A DNA stretch of 64,000 nt, taken from positions 128,001-192,000 of the IMG/VR virus record IMGVR_UViG_3300045988_170943; one strand, given 5' to 3'. The notes under the pieces were generated by a model. The model saw only the letters and a list, made by a program, of their open reading frames with translations. It was not told the DNA's origin and made no database searches. Below are positions 29,000 through 39,023 of the stretch, one piece after another. Position 1 is the stretch's first letter. Each line of letters begins with the position of its first letter. Source of the stretch: a virus. The position numbers and the translations under genes were made by a program.

Positions 29000-30589
29000 C
29001 TACTTGGCGTCTTTGTTGGCCCTCGCTCGGTTAGCGAGTTCCGCCGAGACATCATTGGACAACTTCTGCAACTCGTCCACGCTCATGGATGACAGATCAC
29101 GCCCAGCCGCCGGGACCTTAGCATCACCCTTACCAGCGTCAGCCTGCCCCTTAGCCTGGCCAGTAGCGCCCTGGCCGTCGCCCTTGCTGGAGTAGACAAC
29201 CTTACCGGAGCCGTCCTTCAACATCATGCTGTCGTCGGCGGCAATGTAGGCGCGGTACACGACCGTCTGGGACTGGCCGACGGTAGCCACCCAGTACCCG
29301 TTCTCGCCAGGCACAACTTCGAACACATCAAGGTTGGTCTTCTGGCCGCCGAGCCCCTGAGCCATGACGTTACTGCGAACAGTGGACGTGGCCTGGCGGG
29401 CAGTCTCGTACTTGTGCACTTGCAACTGGGCCAACTGCCCATACTTGTTGTCTCCAGCGTTTACTGTAGAGATTGCGACGATACTCTTGGACTCGCCACG
29501 AGGAGTCAACGGGGTCACGAACTGGATCGTCCCCTTGTCGGTCACCATCCCGAACTCTGTCGGGTTCTCCCCGTTCACATCGTTCTCATCCTTGCTGGTG
29601 TCCTCCCAACCAGCCTTGCTGAAGAACATCCAGTCCATGAAGCCATTAGCGGTCTGGGCGGACTCGCGCTGTTTCGCAGCCAGCGATGAAGGGTACAGGG
29701 AGACACCATTGACAGACGTCATATCCTTATGATACTCGATGTCGCCAGTCGCACCGTTGTAGACAACAACGCCAGCGGGCACGTCATAGGCGGTGAGGAA
29801 CCCGACCTTGCTCTTATAGATCGGGGCGTACAGGACCGGCTGCCCCTTGTCGTTGCAGGCCACCGTCACGTCAGCCTTGTCGAACCAGGTGGTCCAACCT
29901 CCGGCCGCGTTCAAGATACGGTAGTCGAGGTTGTTCGTCCACCAGCCGCCACCGAGACGGTAGGGAGCCTTAGACTCATTGAACTTACAGAACTTGACGT
30001 CCTTAGCAATATTAGGCTGACCGTATTCCGGCAGGGTGAGGGTCTGGGTCGCCTCATATCCCTTCAACCATCCGCGACGAATCACCGACGTCGTGTACTG
30101 GCCCGTCCCCGGGATAGACTTCACGGTGCCAGTAACATCGCCCGTGTTGTCACCAAGGTTAGCGGAAGACGTACCCTTGGCGACATCATAGGGTACGCGA
30201 GGCTTGAACGACTGCTGATCGCCGTCCGTGGCAACAGTCACCTTTGACGCCTGATACAAGGCGTTCGCGTTCCAGTAGGTTGAGAAAGCCGAACCGCCGA
30301 TAAGTACCCCGAGAAAAACCACGGCAGCGGCAACCCAGGTCACAAAACCCCAGCGCTCCTCACCACTCTCGTTCAGGTACCAGCCCAGTGCGCCAAGAGC
30401 AATAGTCAAGACAAGCCCGACCCAAAACAACTGTGACCCCGCCAGGAAACGGAAAAACCCGTGAGTGGCCGTATTCCACATGGTGTGGAACAGGAACCAC
30501 AAGAATCCGATAACAAGGGTAGCAGACACTCCGCCAACCCACCTCCACATTGTGGACATACTTTCCTCTCTTGCCCGCAGATCCCTCAC
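29000..30589 (-). CDS. Large membrane protein: 3-4 N-terminal TM helices plus an extracytoplasmic domain of about 400 aa (likely start ATG 30559)
   Basis: Hydrophobic N-terminus and a Gly/Thr/Asn-rich beta-like globular region; no family recognised. Confidence 0.5.
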   Translation of the reverse strand: MRDLRAREESMSTMWRWVGGVSATLVIGFLWFLFHTMWNTATHGFFRFLAGSQLFWVGLVLTIALGALGWYLNESGEERWGFVTWVAAAVVFLGVLIGGSAFSTYWNANALYQASKVTVATDGDQQSFKPRVPYDVAKGTSSANLGDNTGDVTGTVKSIPGTGQYTTSVIRRGWLKGYEATQTLTLPEYGQPNIAKDVKFCKFNESKAPYRLGGGWWTNNLDYRILNAAGGWTTWFDKADVTVACNDKGQPVLYAPIYKSKVGFLTAYDVPAGVVVYNGATGDIEYHKDMTSVNGVSLYPSSLAAKQRESAQTANGFMDWMFFSKAGWEDTSKDENDVNGENPTEFGMVTDKGTIQFVTPLTPRGESKSIVAISTVNAGDNKYGQLAQLQVHKYETARQATSTVRSNVMAQGLGGQKTNLDVFEVVPGENGYWVATVGQSQTVVYRAYIAADDSMMLKDGSGKVVYSSKGDGQGATGQAKGQADAGKGDAKVPAAGRDLSSMSVDELQKLSNDVSAELANRARANKDAK

Positions 30590-30834
30590 CTACAGGCATG
30601 AATGTTGCTCCAGGTCAGGGTACACGACCGGATGCGCGCCTGTCCAGTCGTTTCCACTCTCGCTGACATCGCATTTATGTGCGAAAGGGCACACGACCCA
30701 ATAGAACACCACACATTTCAACAGTTGTTGACTACACAATGAGGTTGGGTGGTGTGCCCGTGAACCATGTCGCAATCAGCACAACACCCAACCAAGACAT
30801 ACCCTCTTGTCAGAGTGCTATAGGCGGAAGGCTA

Positions 30835-32109
30835 TCACTGTCTGATCTCCAGATAGCGGCCCTCAGACAGTCGCCTCCGAAGCATGAACGCCAGAACCTC
30901 ATCCTCTGGCTCAGCCACCACAAGAGCCACACCCTTAACGTCCTTAACAAGACTACTCAGGGAGTCGATGGCGCCAGTGCGGGCGTCCACAAAAACGATA
31001 TCCACTCCATCAGCGTTGCTGCCCTCAACGATCAGGTTAATGCGTTCGCGTGCCCGCTCACGTGGAGTGCTGCCATCACTCAGGTGGCGATTCGAGGTGG
31101 ACAGTTTCACGGCCTTCAGCCCCTTAGCGACAGCCTGTCGTGCGAGAGCATCAAGGTTGATCTTAGAGCCCATCCCGCCGAGGATGAGTACTGGAGCACC
31201 CAGGTCACTGCTGGCGACGCGGGCCTGGAGGATATCTAGCGCACTGTCCAGAGAGACGTCCTTCTCGTCCTCACCAGTCAGGTCCAGGAGATCAGAAATC
31301 CCCTCACTCGGGGTCTTGGGCGACTCACTGTCCTCTTCAGTTGTCACGGCCAAGGTCTCAGGCTGCGGCTCGTCCTCGCCGTCAACACTGGCGAGCAGAT
31401 TGGCGACATCCTGGCTGACGGTACGATTCGGGGCGGAGGTAGCCTCCTTAGCCTTCAGGTCACTGATCGGCACACCCAGACCCTCCGTGGCCTCCTGGAA
31501 GTAGGACCCGATGGTAGTGATGAAGTCGCGGGACCCTTTGAAGGCGCTGGTCTCCTTCAGGTCTGCCCAGTACTTCGCCGACCGCTCCTCCGCGTCGTTG
31601 AACATGTCGGTCAGGGTAGAGCCGCCTCCGGTCCTGGTCTTCCAGTGGTGGGGGTTCTGGCTCATGTCCACAAGCGTGTCCTTGATGGTGTCGTCCATGA
31701 ACTCTGTGCTGTAGCCGCCATCTACCCACAGGGGCTCACTGGCAGCCTTCTCTGCGCTGGCTGCGGTCTCACTGGCTCTCTTAGTAATCCCTCCAGTGGC
31801 ACGGTTCAGTTCATCGAGAGTCTTGCTGAACTTGTACTCGGCGTGCCGGTACTTTACCTCGGTGGCTGCACCACTGGCCGCCTGGGTCACGCTGGCGGCG
31901 GCACGCTTGCTCAGGGATGTCGCCTTGCCTAGCGCGTCCATGGCCTTACCTTCGATATCCTGGCGGGCGGCCCACGCGAGAGCGTCACTTATGGGCGTGC
32001 TGCGATTCTTGTCTGTCATACTGTCCCTCTTCTCCTTGCCTGTGTTCCTGTTCTTGGTCTTGTTGACGGCGGCTATGATGAGCCCACCGATGATGATTGT
32101 CTCTAACAT
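30835..32109 (-). CDS. N-terminally membrane-anchored 424-aa protein with an alanine-rich coiled or disordered middle and a C-terminal Rossmann-like (receiver/STAS-like) module
   Basis: ORF; 10-bp gap to the upstream ClpB-like gene suggests an operon. Confidence 0.5.
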   Translation of the reverse strand: MLETIIIGGLIIAAVNKTKNRNTGKEKRDSMTDKNRSTPISDALAWAARQDIEGKAMDALGKATSLSKRAAASVTQAASGAATEVKYRHAEYKFSKTLDELNRATGGITKRASETAASAEKAASEPLWVDGGYSTEFMDDTIKDTLVDMSQNPHHWKTRTGGGSTLTDMFNDAEERSAKYWADLKETSAFKGSRDFITTIGSYFQEATEGLGVPISDLKAKEATSAPNRTVSQDVANLLASVDGEDEPQPETLAVTTEEDSESPKTPSEGISDLLDLTGEDEKDVSLDSALDILQARVASSDLGAPVLILGGMGSKINLDALARQAVAKGLKAVKLSTSNRHLSDGSTPRERARERINLIVEGSNADGVDIVFVDARTGAIDSLSSLVKDVKGVALVVAEPEDEVLAFMLRRRLSEGRYLEIRQ

Positions 32110-32118
32110 ACGTATCGC

Positions 32119-34956
32119 CTACTTCTCGGAGTTCTCACCGTCACTGCTGGTGCCACCGTCTGAATCAAGGTCGTCGCCATCCTTGGGCCCGTCAACCTGA
32201 GATGAGGCGCTATCCGTGTCGGTCTCGGTGTCATCAGCGGGTGTGATTTCACCGACCTCGCCTGCATTGTCAGGTGTGTTGTTATCCTCGTGGGCTCCAT
32301 CGTTCGGGGTGTCACTGTCGCCGCTGATAGCGTCACTCAGGGCCGCCTGTACCTCACTACCTGGGTTTACCGGCACGTAGTCGCGCTTCTCCACCTGGAT
32401 TGATAGGGAGTCCTCGCCGTCCACGTGGTCAATGATCACAAGGTCGTCGTCGTCGATGGTGCCGTTGAGGAGTAGGACGGAAGCCTTCGTCGTGCCGGTC
32501 TCCTTCACCAGCCCAATCACTGGGCGGGCTCCGCGCTCAGGGTCGTATCCTTCAGTGGACAGCCACTTCTTCGCATTGTTCGTGATCTCGAACTTGATGC
32601 GGCGGCGAGCCATACGTTTCGTGAACTTGCTCACCTCCTTGTCAATGATCCGGCCCAGGCCCTCCTCGGTGAGAGTGTGGAAGATCACCTGGTTGTCCAG
32701 GCGGTTCAGGAACTCTGGGCGGAAGTGGCCACGGATCGCGTCATTGACGGCCTGAGCCTTCTCCTCCTCACTCAGGGTCGGGTCAATCATGGCCCTGGAG
32801 CCGAGGTTAGACGTCAGGATAATCACTGTGTTGCGGAAGTCAACCCGTTTCCCCTTGCTGTCTGTCAGGTGACCCTCATCAAGGACCTGGAGGAGAACAT
32901 CGAACACCTCCGCGTTAGCCTTCTCCACCTCGTCAAACAGGATCACCGAGTAGGGGCGCTTACGGACAGCCTCAGTGAGGACACCACCCTCATCGTAGCC
33001 CACGTATCCGGGAGGTGCGCCCATGAGTTTCGCAACCGAGTGCTTCTCGGAGAACTCGGACATGTCAATGCGCACCATAGCCTGCTCATCATCGAACAGG
33101 AACTCCGCGAGCGCCTTCGCTGCCTCTGTCTTACCGGTACCGGACGGGCCAGAGAACAGGAAAGACCCGGTGGGGCGGTTCGGGTCCGCCAACCCGGCAC
33201 GCGACACACGGATAGCGTCAGCGATACTGGAAATAGCCTCATCCTGACCGAACAGGCGACCGCCCATGCGCTCCTCAATATGGAGCAGTTTCTCAGCCTC
33301 CTCCTCAAGGACCTTACCTGCCTTGATGCCAGTCTTCGACTCTACGGCACGGGCGATCTCGTTACGGCCTACAGACTCAGCGATCAGGGCGTCATCCAGG
33401 GACTTGACAACCTTGGCGATCTCATTCTCCAGGGACCTGGCCTCAGTCGCGGCTTTCTCGGCGTCCTCAATGTTACCGGCGTCCGCCTCCTCCTGGTAGC
33501 GCGCCTGGGCGTCAGCGAGACGACCCCTGGTTTCATCCAGGTGCTTCTTCGTCTCCTGCTCGCTGGCCCACCTGGCCGTCAGGTCAGCCAGTTCCTCCTC
33601 AGCCTCCACGATCTTGGTGCGCACCTCATCTAGGGCGATGCGAGCCTCAATGGACTCCTGACCCTTCAGGGAGTCGGCGTCGTGGCGGAGGTTTTCAAGG
33701 CCCTGCTCCAGGAAGTAGATACGGTCCGGCTTCGAGTCGATCTCCTGACGCATCTTCGCGGCAGCCGAGTCCAGCAGGTCAATGGCCTTGTCCGGCAGCC
33801 GATCCGCCGGAACATACCGGACAGACATCTCGATAGCGGCAGCCAGGGCGTCGTCACTGATTTGCACCCGATGAAAATCCTGATACCCTGGGACGAGACC
33901 ACGCAGAATCATGAGCGTGTCACGGTCTGACGGCTCCTCCACATCTACCTGCTGAAGGTAGCGGGACACGGACTCCTTCTCGATGTGGATACGGTATTTG
34001 TCGTTCGTGGTCTCACCAATGATGAGGATGTCTTCACGGACGAGGAAACCTCGAAGCGTGTCGGCGGCAGCGGACCCAGAGTTCAGGGCGTGGATACCCT
34101 CGATAGCGAGAACAATTTCACCGTTAGAGTCCTTCACCTCGTTCAGGAGGCCAACGAAGTTCTTCTCAAACTCTCCCTGAGAGGCAGAACTGGAACGCAT
34201 TGACGTCAGGTCCAGCAGCAGGATACGCCTACCGGGCAGGAACTCGACACTGCCATCATATGCTCTCTGGGCGAGAGAGAAGATGACGGAGGTCTTACCA
34301 ACGCCAGGGTCCCCAACTAGGACAGGAGTGTTCTTGCTGCGGCGGGACAGTAGTTGGACAACCTCACGGATCTCACGGTCACGGCCAATGACGACAGGAA
34401 GATCACCCTTGCTGGCCTTCTCGGTCAGATCAATGCAGAACCGGCCAGTCAGGCCACCATCCAGAGGCTTACTGATCCTGCTGCTGGCGGCTGCGGATGA
34501 CGTGGAAACGGCGGCAGAAGTTGGGGTAGGGGAGGGCGTCGCGCTTACGATGCGGATCCCAGCGCGCTGAAACTCCCCCAGGTTGTCACACAAGGACTTA
34601 ACGAGGTCTAGGACAGCGATCACGCCCGCACGGTCGTCGTCAGCGGCGTACTTTTTTGCGTCCCGGACGATCTTAAGCACCTCGGGGCCGACAGTCACGT
34701 TCACGTTCACAGGTGTGGGGGCAACTTGCTTCCCAGACTCGTTAGTGACGACACGCCGGTTTGCCTCCTCAATGAGGGCGTCAATGTGGGCCATGTCCAC
34801 GTGCGCCTCAATCAGGGCGGCCAGAACGACTGGTTGGTTTTTCATTGTCGCCACAAGGTGGTGAGGCAGGATCTCACGGTACCCTTGCTTGCGGGCTAGA
34901 TCCATGGACTCCTGTAGCCATTTCTCGCCCCCACTGGACGCTACACTCTTAGCCAC
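32119..34956 (-). CDS. ClpB-like double-ring AAA+ disaggregase. It has a Clp_N domain, NBD1 (GDPGVGKTS), a coiled-coil M-domain and NBD2 (GPSGTGKTE, sensor/arginine finger and D2-small domain). An unusual acidic C-terminal tail of about 110 aa follows
   Basis: Both Walker A/B sets, the M-domain and ClpB-signature regions read directly. Confidence 0.85.
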   Translation of the reverse strand: MAKSVASSGGEKWLQESMDLARKQGYREILPHHLVATMKNQPVVLAALIEAHVDMAHIDALIEEANRRVVTNESGKQVAPTPVNVNVTVGPEVLKIVRDAKKYAADDDRAGVIAVLDLVKSLCDNLGEFQRAGIRIVSATPSPTPTSAAVSTSSAAASSRISKPLDGGLTGRFCIDLTEKASKGDLPVVIGRDREIREVVQLLSRRSKNTPVLVGDPGVGKTSVIFSLAQRAYDGSVEFLPGRRILLLDLTSMRSSSASQGEFEKNFVGLLNEVKDSNGEIVLAIEGIHALNSGSAAADTLRGFLVREDILIIGETTNDKYRIHIEKESVSRYLQQVDVEEPSDRDTLMILRGLVPGYQDFHRVQISDDALAAAIEMSVRYVPADRLPDKAIDLLDSAAAKMRQEIDSKPDRIYFLEQGLENLRHDADSLKGQESIEARIALDEVRTKIVEAEEELADLTARWASEQETKKHLDETRGRLADAQARYQEEADAGNIEDAEKAATEARSLENEIAKVVKSLDDALIAESVGRNEIARAVESKTGIKAGKVLEEEAEKLLHIEERMGGRLFGQDEAISSIADAIRVSRAGLADPNRPTGSFLFSGPSGTGKTEAAKALAEFLFDDEQAMVRIDMSEFSEKHSVAKLMGAPPGYVGYDEGGVLTEAVRKRPYSVILFDEVEKANAEVFDVLLQVLDEGHLTDSKGKRVDFRNTVIILTSNLGSRAMIDPTLSEEEKAQAVNDAIRGHFRPEFLNRLDNQVIFHTLTEEGLGRIIDKEVSKFTKRMARRRIKFEITNNAKKWLSTEGYDPERGARPVIGLVKETGTTKASVLLLNGTIDDDDLVIIDHVDGEDSLSIQVEKRDYVPVNPGSEVQAALSDAISGDSDTPNDGAHEDNNTPDNAGEVGEITPADDTETDTDSASSQVDGPKDGDDLDSDGGTSSDGENSEK

Positions 34957-35107
34957 TACTGCTCCTTAGCGGTCCTGTTGTTTGCCTTATTGTGGCCAAT
35001 AGTATCAGAGGTCACGCTCACTGTCAACAGGGTCAGGCACATCGGGGTCGTAATGCCCTGTCAGATGGTTTCTTGCATGTGGGTGGGGCTTGCTCTTGCT
35101 GGCTGAT

Positions 35108-35575
35108 TCAGGCAGCCGCAGCCATGACGGCTACCTGACGGTACGCACCCCGGAAGTCGTTACGCTCACGGATAGTGACACCGGGGCGGGCATAGGCGAA
35201 CATGTCTGACAGCGACTCGCTCATGCGACTAGTGGCCCTTGTGACACTGTGACGCACTTTGAAACGCCCCCATGACCGGAGTGCCGCCGCCTGGGCATCC
35301 CACGCCTCCACATACTCCAGAGGCTCAATGTACTCCATCTGCTGCCATGCATCCATGTATGCCCCATAGGTGTTCACTAGCAGGGCGAGGACGTGCCTGT
35401 CGTGCCTGCTGATGGAGGTGTCTCGGCGGGCGGCGATCTCTACTGACAGGGCCACGATGATACCAGCCATGGCGCGACGGTTGATGGTGTAGTTCAGGTC
35501 GCGTCGGGTCATGGCGAGGTCTCCTCTGGTAGGTGCTGGTGAGTGCCCGCCTTCACCTTGGCGGCACCACCTCAT
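35108..35575 (-). CDS. Hypothetical protein (155 aa)
   Basis: ORF. Confidence 0.45.
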   Translation of the reverse strand: MRWCRQGEGGHSPAPTRGDLAMTRRDLNYTINRRAMAGIIVALSVEIAARRDTSISRHDRHVLALLVNTYGAYMDAWQQMEYIEPLEYVEAWDAQAAALRSWGRFKVRHSVTRATSRMSESLSDMFAYARPGVTIRERNDFRGAYRQVAVMAAAA

Positions 35576-35813
35576 CCTACCTCAGGAGGCACCTCTGACG
35601 CAACTGTGATTTGGCTCCATTTCAACGAAAGATGGTTGTTTATGTGTGCTTTTCCGCATGTGTTTACCAGGAGTGTTTATGTGGTACTATACACGGACAT
35701 TCTTGCCTCGCACACTCATTGAGCGGGTGGCGTTTTCGTTGACCAGTTTCTGGTTCGGGTGTGCTTTCTGGTTCCGTCCGGCGATATCGCGTGTTTCCTG
35801 TTTCAGAGGTAGT

Positions 35814-35872
35814 GGTAGCCGGTAAACCATTGCCAACTACAGGGGTGTTGTTCACTGGGTTTACCGGCTACC
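35814..35872. promoter_or_regulatory. 15-bp perfect inverted repeat (ggtagccggtaaacc / ggtttaccggctacc, 29-nt loop) in a repeat-bearing leader. TTTATGTGTGC occurs at both 35638-35649 and 35895-35906
   Basis: Seen directly between two minus-strand genes. Confidence 0.4.
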
Positions 35873-35895
35873 GACGTAGAGGGACTGATTGTGAT

Positions 35896-36273
35896 TTATG
35901 TGTGCCTGAAGCGTTTGCGGTAGAGGGCCTTGTTCAGGGTCTCCACCATGACCCTGGTTTCAGCGCAGTCAACCGCTGATACCACACGAAAACTGCCTGT
36001 GTCGGGGTTGTGGACCAGTTCAGCGGATGAGCACCTATCCCCTTGGAACCAGAACACTTCTGGGATGTTGGTGGTGTAGGCGTCCAGGAACTCTCGTCTC
36101 TTGTGTTGACAGAAGATCTTCGCCGCTTCGCTCATGTGTGGGAACTTGAACATTCTGACATGCTCATCTAGAAGATGATACAGGTTGCTGGCGTCTGCTA
36201 CTGACATCTTCGTCATAACGGATTCCCCTTTTGCTGATGTTCTGTCTTTTGAGGAAGGTCGGAGGTGGGCCAC
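35896..36273 (-). CDS. Hypothetical protein (125 aa)
   Basis: ORF. Confidence 0.45.
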   Translation of the reverse strand: MAHLRPSSKDRTSAKGESVMTKMSVADASNLYHLLDEHVRMFKFPHMSEAAKIFCQHKRREFLDAYTTNIPEVFWFQGDRCSSAELVHNPDTGSFRVVSAVDCAETRVMVETLNKALYRKRFRHT

Positions 36274-36417
36274 TATGGAGAGCGGCCCCCCCTGGGGACG
36301 CGAGGACTGGGCGCGTTACCTGAGGTTAATATCCCTGGGCAACCCGCTGACTCCCTACCTTACTGCCGCGGTAGAGCGTCCGGGCCGCGACACAGGAATC
36401 TGGATGGGGGCGTGTTG

Positions 36418-37473
36418 TCAATCGTCAGAACTGTGCTCATCGTTCAGGATCGGCATGTCGTAAAAACCTAGTGCCAACGTGCATGACTCCCCCATCCCCT
36501 GGGCGGCGAACAGGGCGCACGCCAGCAGTTGCTCAGGTGTGAAGTCTGTGCCCTCTGGGGTAAACGCCTTCAATACCTTGAAAGCCTCCCGTAGTGGCGG
36601 CTCATCGAATAGGTACAGGTACAGGGACAGTACCTCATCCCACTTGTCACTGTCCCAGTGGCCCCGTAGCATCAGTTTCAGATCACTGCCCTGCCCGGAG
36701 AACATGAACCACTGGGTCTTGCGCACGTCTTCCCACTCGGCCTCATCCTCGATCATGTTGACCAGTTCCAGGACCATGCGGACACCTCCGGTACTGCTGC
36801 TGGGGAGGGATAGTAGCAGTACCGCCCCAGCAGCAGTGGTTGCCTGGGATATGAGGTGCTGGCGTCTGCGCACCCGCCCCATGATGGCCTCCTGGGACTC
36901 TCTCATGGTTGCTGTGCGCATTACTTTTGATGCCGTTTCCATGCCCAGAGCGTCCACGAGGTCTGAGAACAGGGCGAACGTGTTCATTGTGGCATTCATG
37001 ATGATGGGGACCCCCATTTCCAGGAGGGCCGCAACGATAGGTTTGGTGCTGACTCTGTTCTTCACCTGTCTCAGGGTGGAGTGTACAGCATGGCCTCTAA
37101 GCCCGATGGAAAGCATCTCTTCCAAGAGTGCCACCCCACCAGCAGACACTCTGTGAACAAATACGTCTGATGGCCCCAACCCAGTCGTCTCCACCTCTGA
37201 ATAGCCGTCACTGTCAGGTGGGCTGATCCTGTAGGTGAAACCTAGACTCTCCTGGTGTGCAGTGATAGTGACTGTGCCGTCAGTGGCGACGGTTCTAGTC
37301 GTACTCGCCGTATTCACAGTCAGCATCAGGCATACTCCATAGGGTCCAAGTACAGGGGTTGGTGGTAGTCCGTTGGAAGGATAGCAGTCCAGGCGTAGTA
37401 GTGCAACCAGCCGCCTTGTCTCACTACCTGGCAACAGGCGCCCTACCCGTGAAAGGTGCGGAACGTGAACCAT
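36418..37473 (-). CDS. Hypothetical protein (351 aa)
   Basis: ORF; the antisense + strand ORF is Ser/Arg-rich low-complexity and rejected. Confidence 0.5.
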   Translation of the reverse strand: MVHVPHLSRVGRLLPGSETRRLVALLRLDCYPSNGLPPTPVLGPYGVCLMLTVNTASTTRTVATDGTVTITAHQESLGFTYRISPPDSDGYSEVETTGLGPSDVFVHRVSAGGVALLEEMLSIGLRGHAVHSTLRQVKNRVSTKPIVAALLEMGVPIIMNATMNTFALFSDLVDALGMETASKVMRTATMRESQEAIMGRVRRRQHLISQATTAAGAVLLLSLPSSSTGGVRMVLELVNMIEDEAEWEDVRKTQWFMFSGQGSDLKLMLRGHWDSDKWDEVLSLYLYLFDEPPLREAFKVLKAFTPEGTDFTPEQLLACALFAAQGMGESCTLALGFYDMPILNDEHSSDD

Positions 37474-37633
37474 GTACCTCTCCCCACCTACCCTCGGCCC
37501 CTTTCTGTCCTACCAACCTAGTGATATTCGCCGCATTGAAGAAAACCGCCACCCCAGCCCCTCACTGAGGTGAGCAACCCCACAGGTGACGGCAGACACA
37601 AAAGACGAAACCTCCTTTTGGGAAGGGTTATGT

Positions 37634-38317
37634 ATGACAGACTTCAGTGACCTCACCTTCGAGGACAATGCGGACCAGCGCGGGCCGGTAATGATCGTCC
37701 TCGACTGCTCCGACTCCATGACGGCCATCCAGGACGGTATGACACAGAGCCCTCTCCAGGAACTCAACGCAGCCCTAGATGTCCTTATCGCCGAGATCGA
37801 CCGGGACAAGTTGTCACGCCGACGCGCAGACATATCCTTCCTGCCCTATGGGACCGAGCCAGCAGCCCCCACACCTTTCGCTACCGTGGACTCACGACAG
37901 ATCATTGTTCCTGAACTCTACGGGATGGGGCTCACCTACACGGCGAAAGCCCTAGAAGCCGCTATCGACCACCTGGAGACCCGCAAACAGGAGTACCGGA
38001 ACAACGGGGTCCCCTACAACCGGCCACTACTGTTCCTCCTCAGTGACGGTCTCGCCATGGACGACCTGACCTCCGTGTCGCAGCGGATTAAGGACTTGGA
38101 GGCGCAGAAGAAACTCTCGTTCTTCCCGGTTGGGGTCACGGACGCCGACATGGATCAGTTGTCCAGCATCGGGACACGCAACGCCCTAAAGGTGTCGGAC
38201 GGGAAACTTGCAGAACTGTTCCAGTGGCTCTCCGCCTCCGTGGCCTCCGTGTCGGCGTCAGCCCCAGGTGACGACAAGGTGAAACTTCCTGCACCAACCG
38301 ACTGGGCAGAGTTCTAA
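37634..38317 (+). CDS. von Willebrand factor A (vWA) protein of TerY/TerF type: MIDAS DCSDSM, ..LSDG.., downstream T/D (ORF opens at 37586)
   Basis: DxSxS MIDAS motif and vWA secondary pattern. Confidence 0.75.
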   Translation: MTDFSDLTFEDNADQRGPVMIVLDCSDSMTAIQDGMTQSPLQELNAALDVLIAEIDRDKLSRRRADISFLPYGTEPAAPTPFATVDSRQIIVPELYGMGLTYTAKALEAAIDHLETRKQEYRNNGVPYNRPLLFLLSDGLAMDDLTSVSQRIKDLEAQKKLSFFPVGVTDADMDQLSSIGTRNALKVSDGKLAELFQWLSASVASVSASAPGDDKVKLPAPTDWAEF

Positions 38318-38331
38318 ACCACCCAGTTCTT

Positions 38332-38389
38332 GAGCGCCCCTCCGGTCACCCTGCTACCACGGCCGGAGGGGCGCTCCATGTCTTTTCCC
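38332..38389 (+). terminator. Intrinsic terminator: 14-bp perfect stem gagcgcccctccgg / ccggaggggcgctc followed by CATGTCTTTTCCC
   Basis: Seen directly 15 bp after the vWA stop. Confidence 0.6.
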
Positions 38390-38494
38390 ACCCTCCGCAA
38401 AACCACGTGACACCAACAGGTGTTGACACTACCGGTTCTCTCCTGTACGATCCACGCCAGTTCAACTTATAGTCAACCACCAAAAGGAAGGTGA

Positions 38495-38776
38495 ATGAGA
38501 ATGCCTAACGCAACACAGAACGCACTCACCGTCAGTCGTGAGGCTCACGCACTCGCCGTGCTCGGCATTGACACCAGCATCCCCGCATATGGGACTGGAT
38601 ACCCGACAATCCCTCGTGACCGCGTGTGGGACGTTGCCGCAGATCGTGACCACTTGGTTGTGACGCTCCTGGAGCGTGACACAAAGCGGGCCGTACGTAA
38701 GACGAGCCGCCACAAGTACAATGTTGACGGCCACGAGTCTGTGATCGAGATGATGCGAGAAATCGCCGAAAAGTAG
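38495..38776 (+). CDS. Small hypothetical protein (93 aa)
   Basis: ORF with an AGGAAGG RBS. Confidence 0.4.
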   Translation: MRMPNATQNALTVSREAHALAVLGIDTSIPAYGTGYPTIPRDRVWDVAADRDHLVVTLLERDTKRAVRKTSRHKYNVDGHESVIEMMREIAEK

Positions 38777-39023
38777 GATCACTGTCGTTTGCAGTGTCAA
38801 CTTATTGCTCACTGGGCCCGCCCCACGCCTGAAACAATGGTGACTGAGGCGGGTCCAGTGCATACTCTGCCGCCCCCAAGCAACCCCGTAAATCCGTATG
38901 CCACTGCTGTTCAAACCATGTTTCCCTTGCAGTGATCTGTCGCATCCGCACGTTAGTGCCAGCGATATTTCACCCCATTAAAGCACCATTACAAGCACTA
39001 AAACGTTAACTGATCGGGGAACC

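Noticed and set aside
32677-33633. 318-aa + strand ORF antisense to the ClpB-like gene
   Set aside because: The ClpB-like frame has complete AAA+ motifs; the antisense frame is Leu/Arg-rich noise.
36479-37156. 225-aa + strand ORF antisense to 36418-37473
   Set aside because: Ser/Arg-rich low-complexity; the minus-strand frame is a balanced globular-looking sequence.
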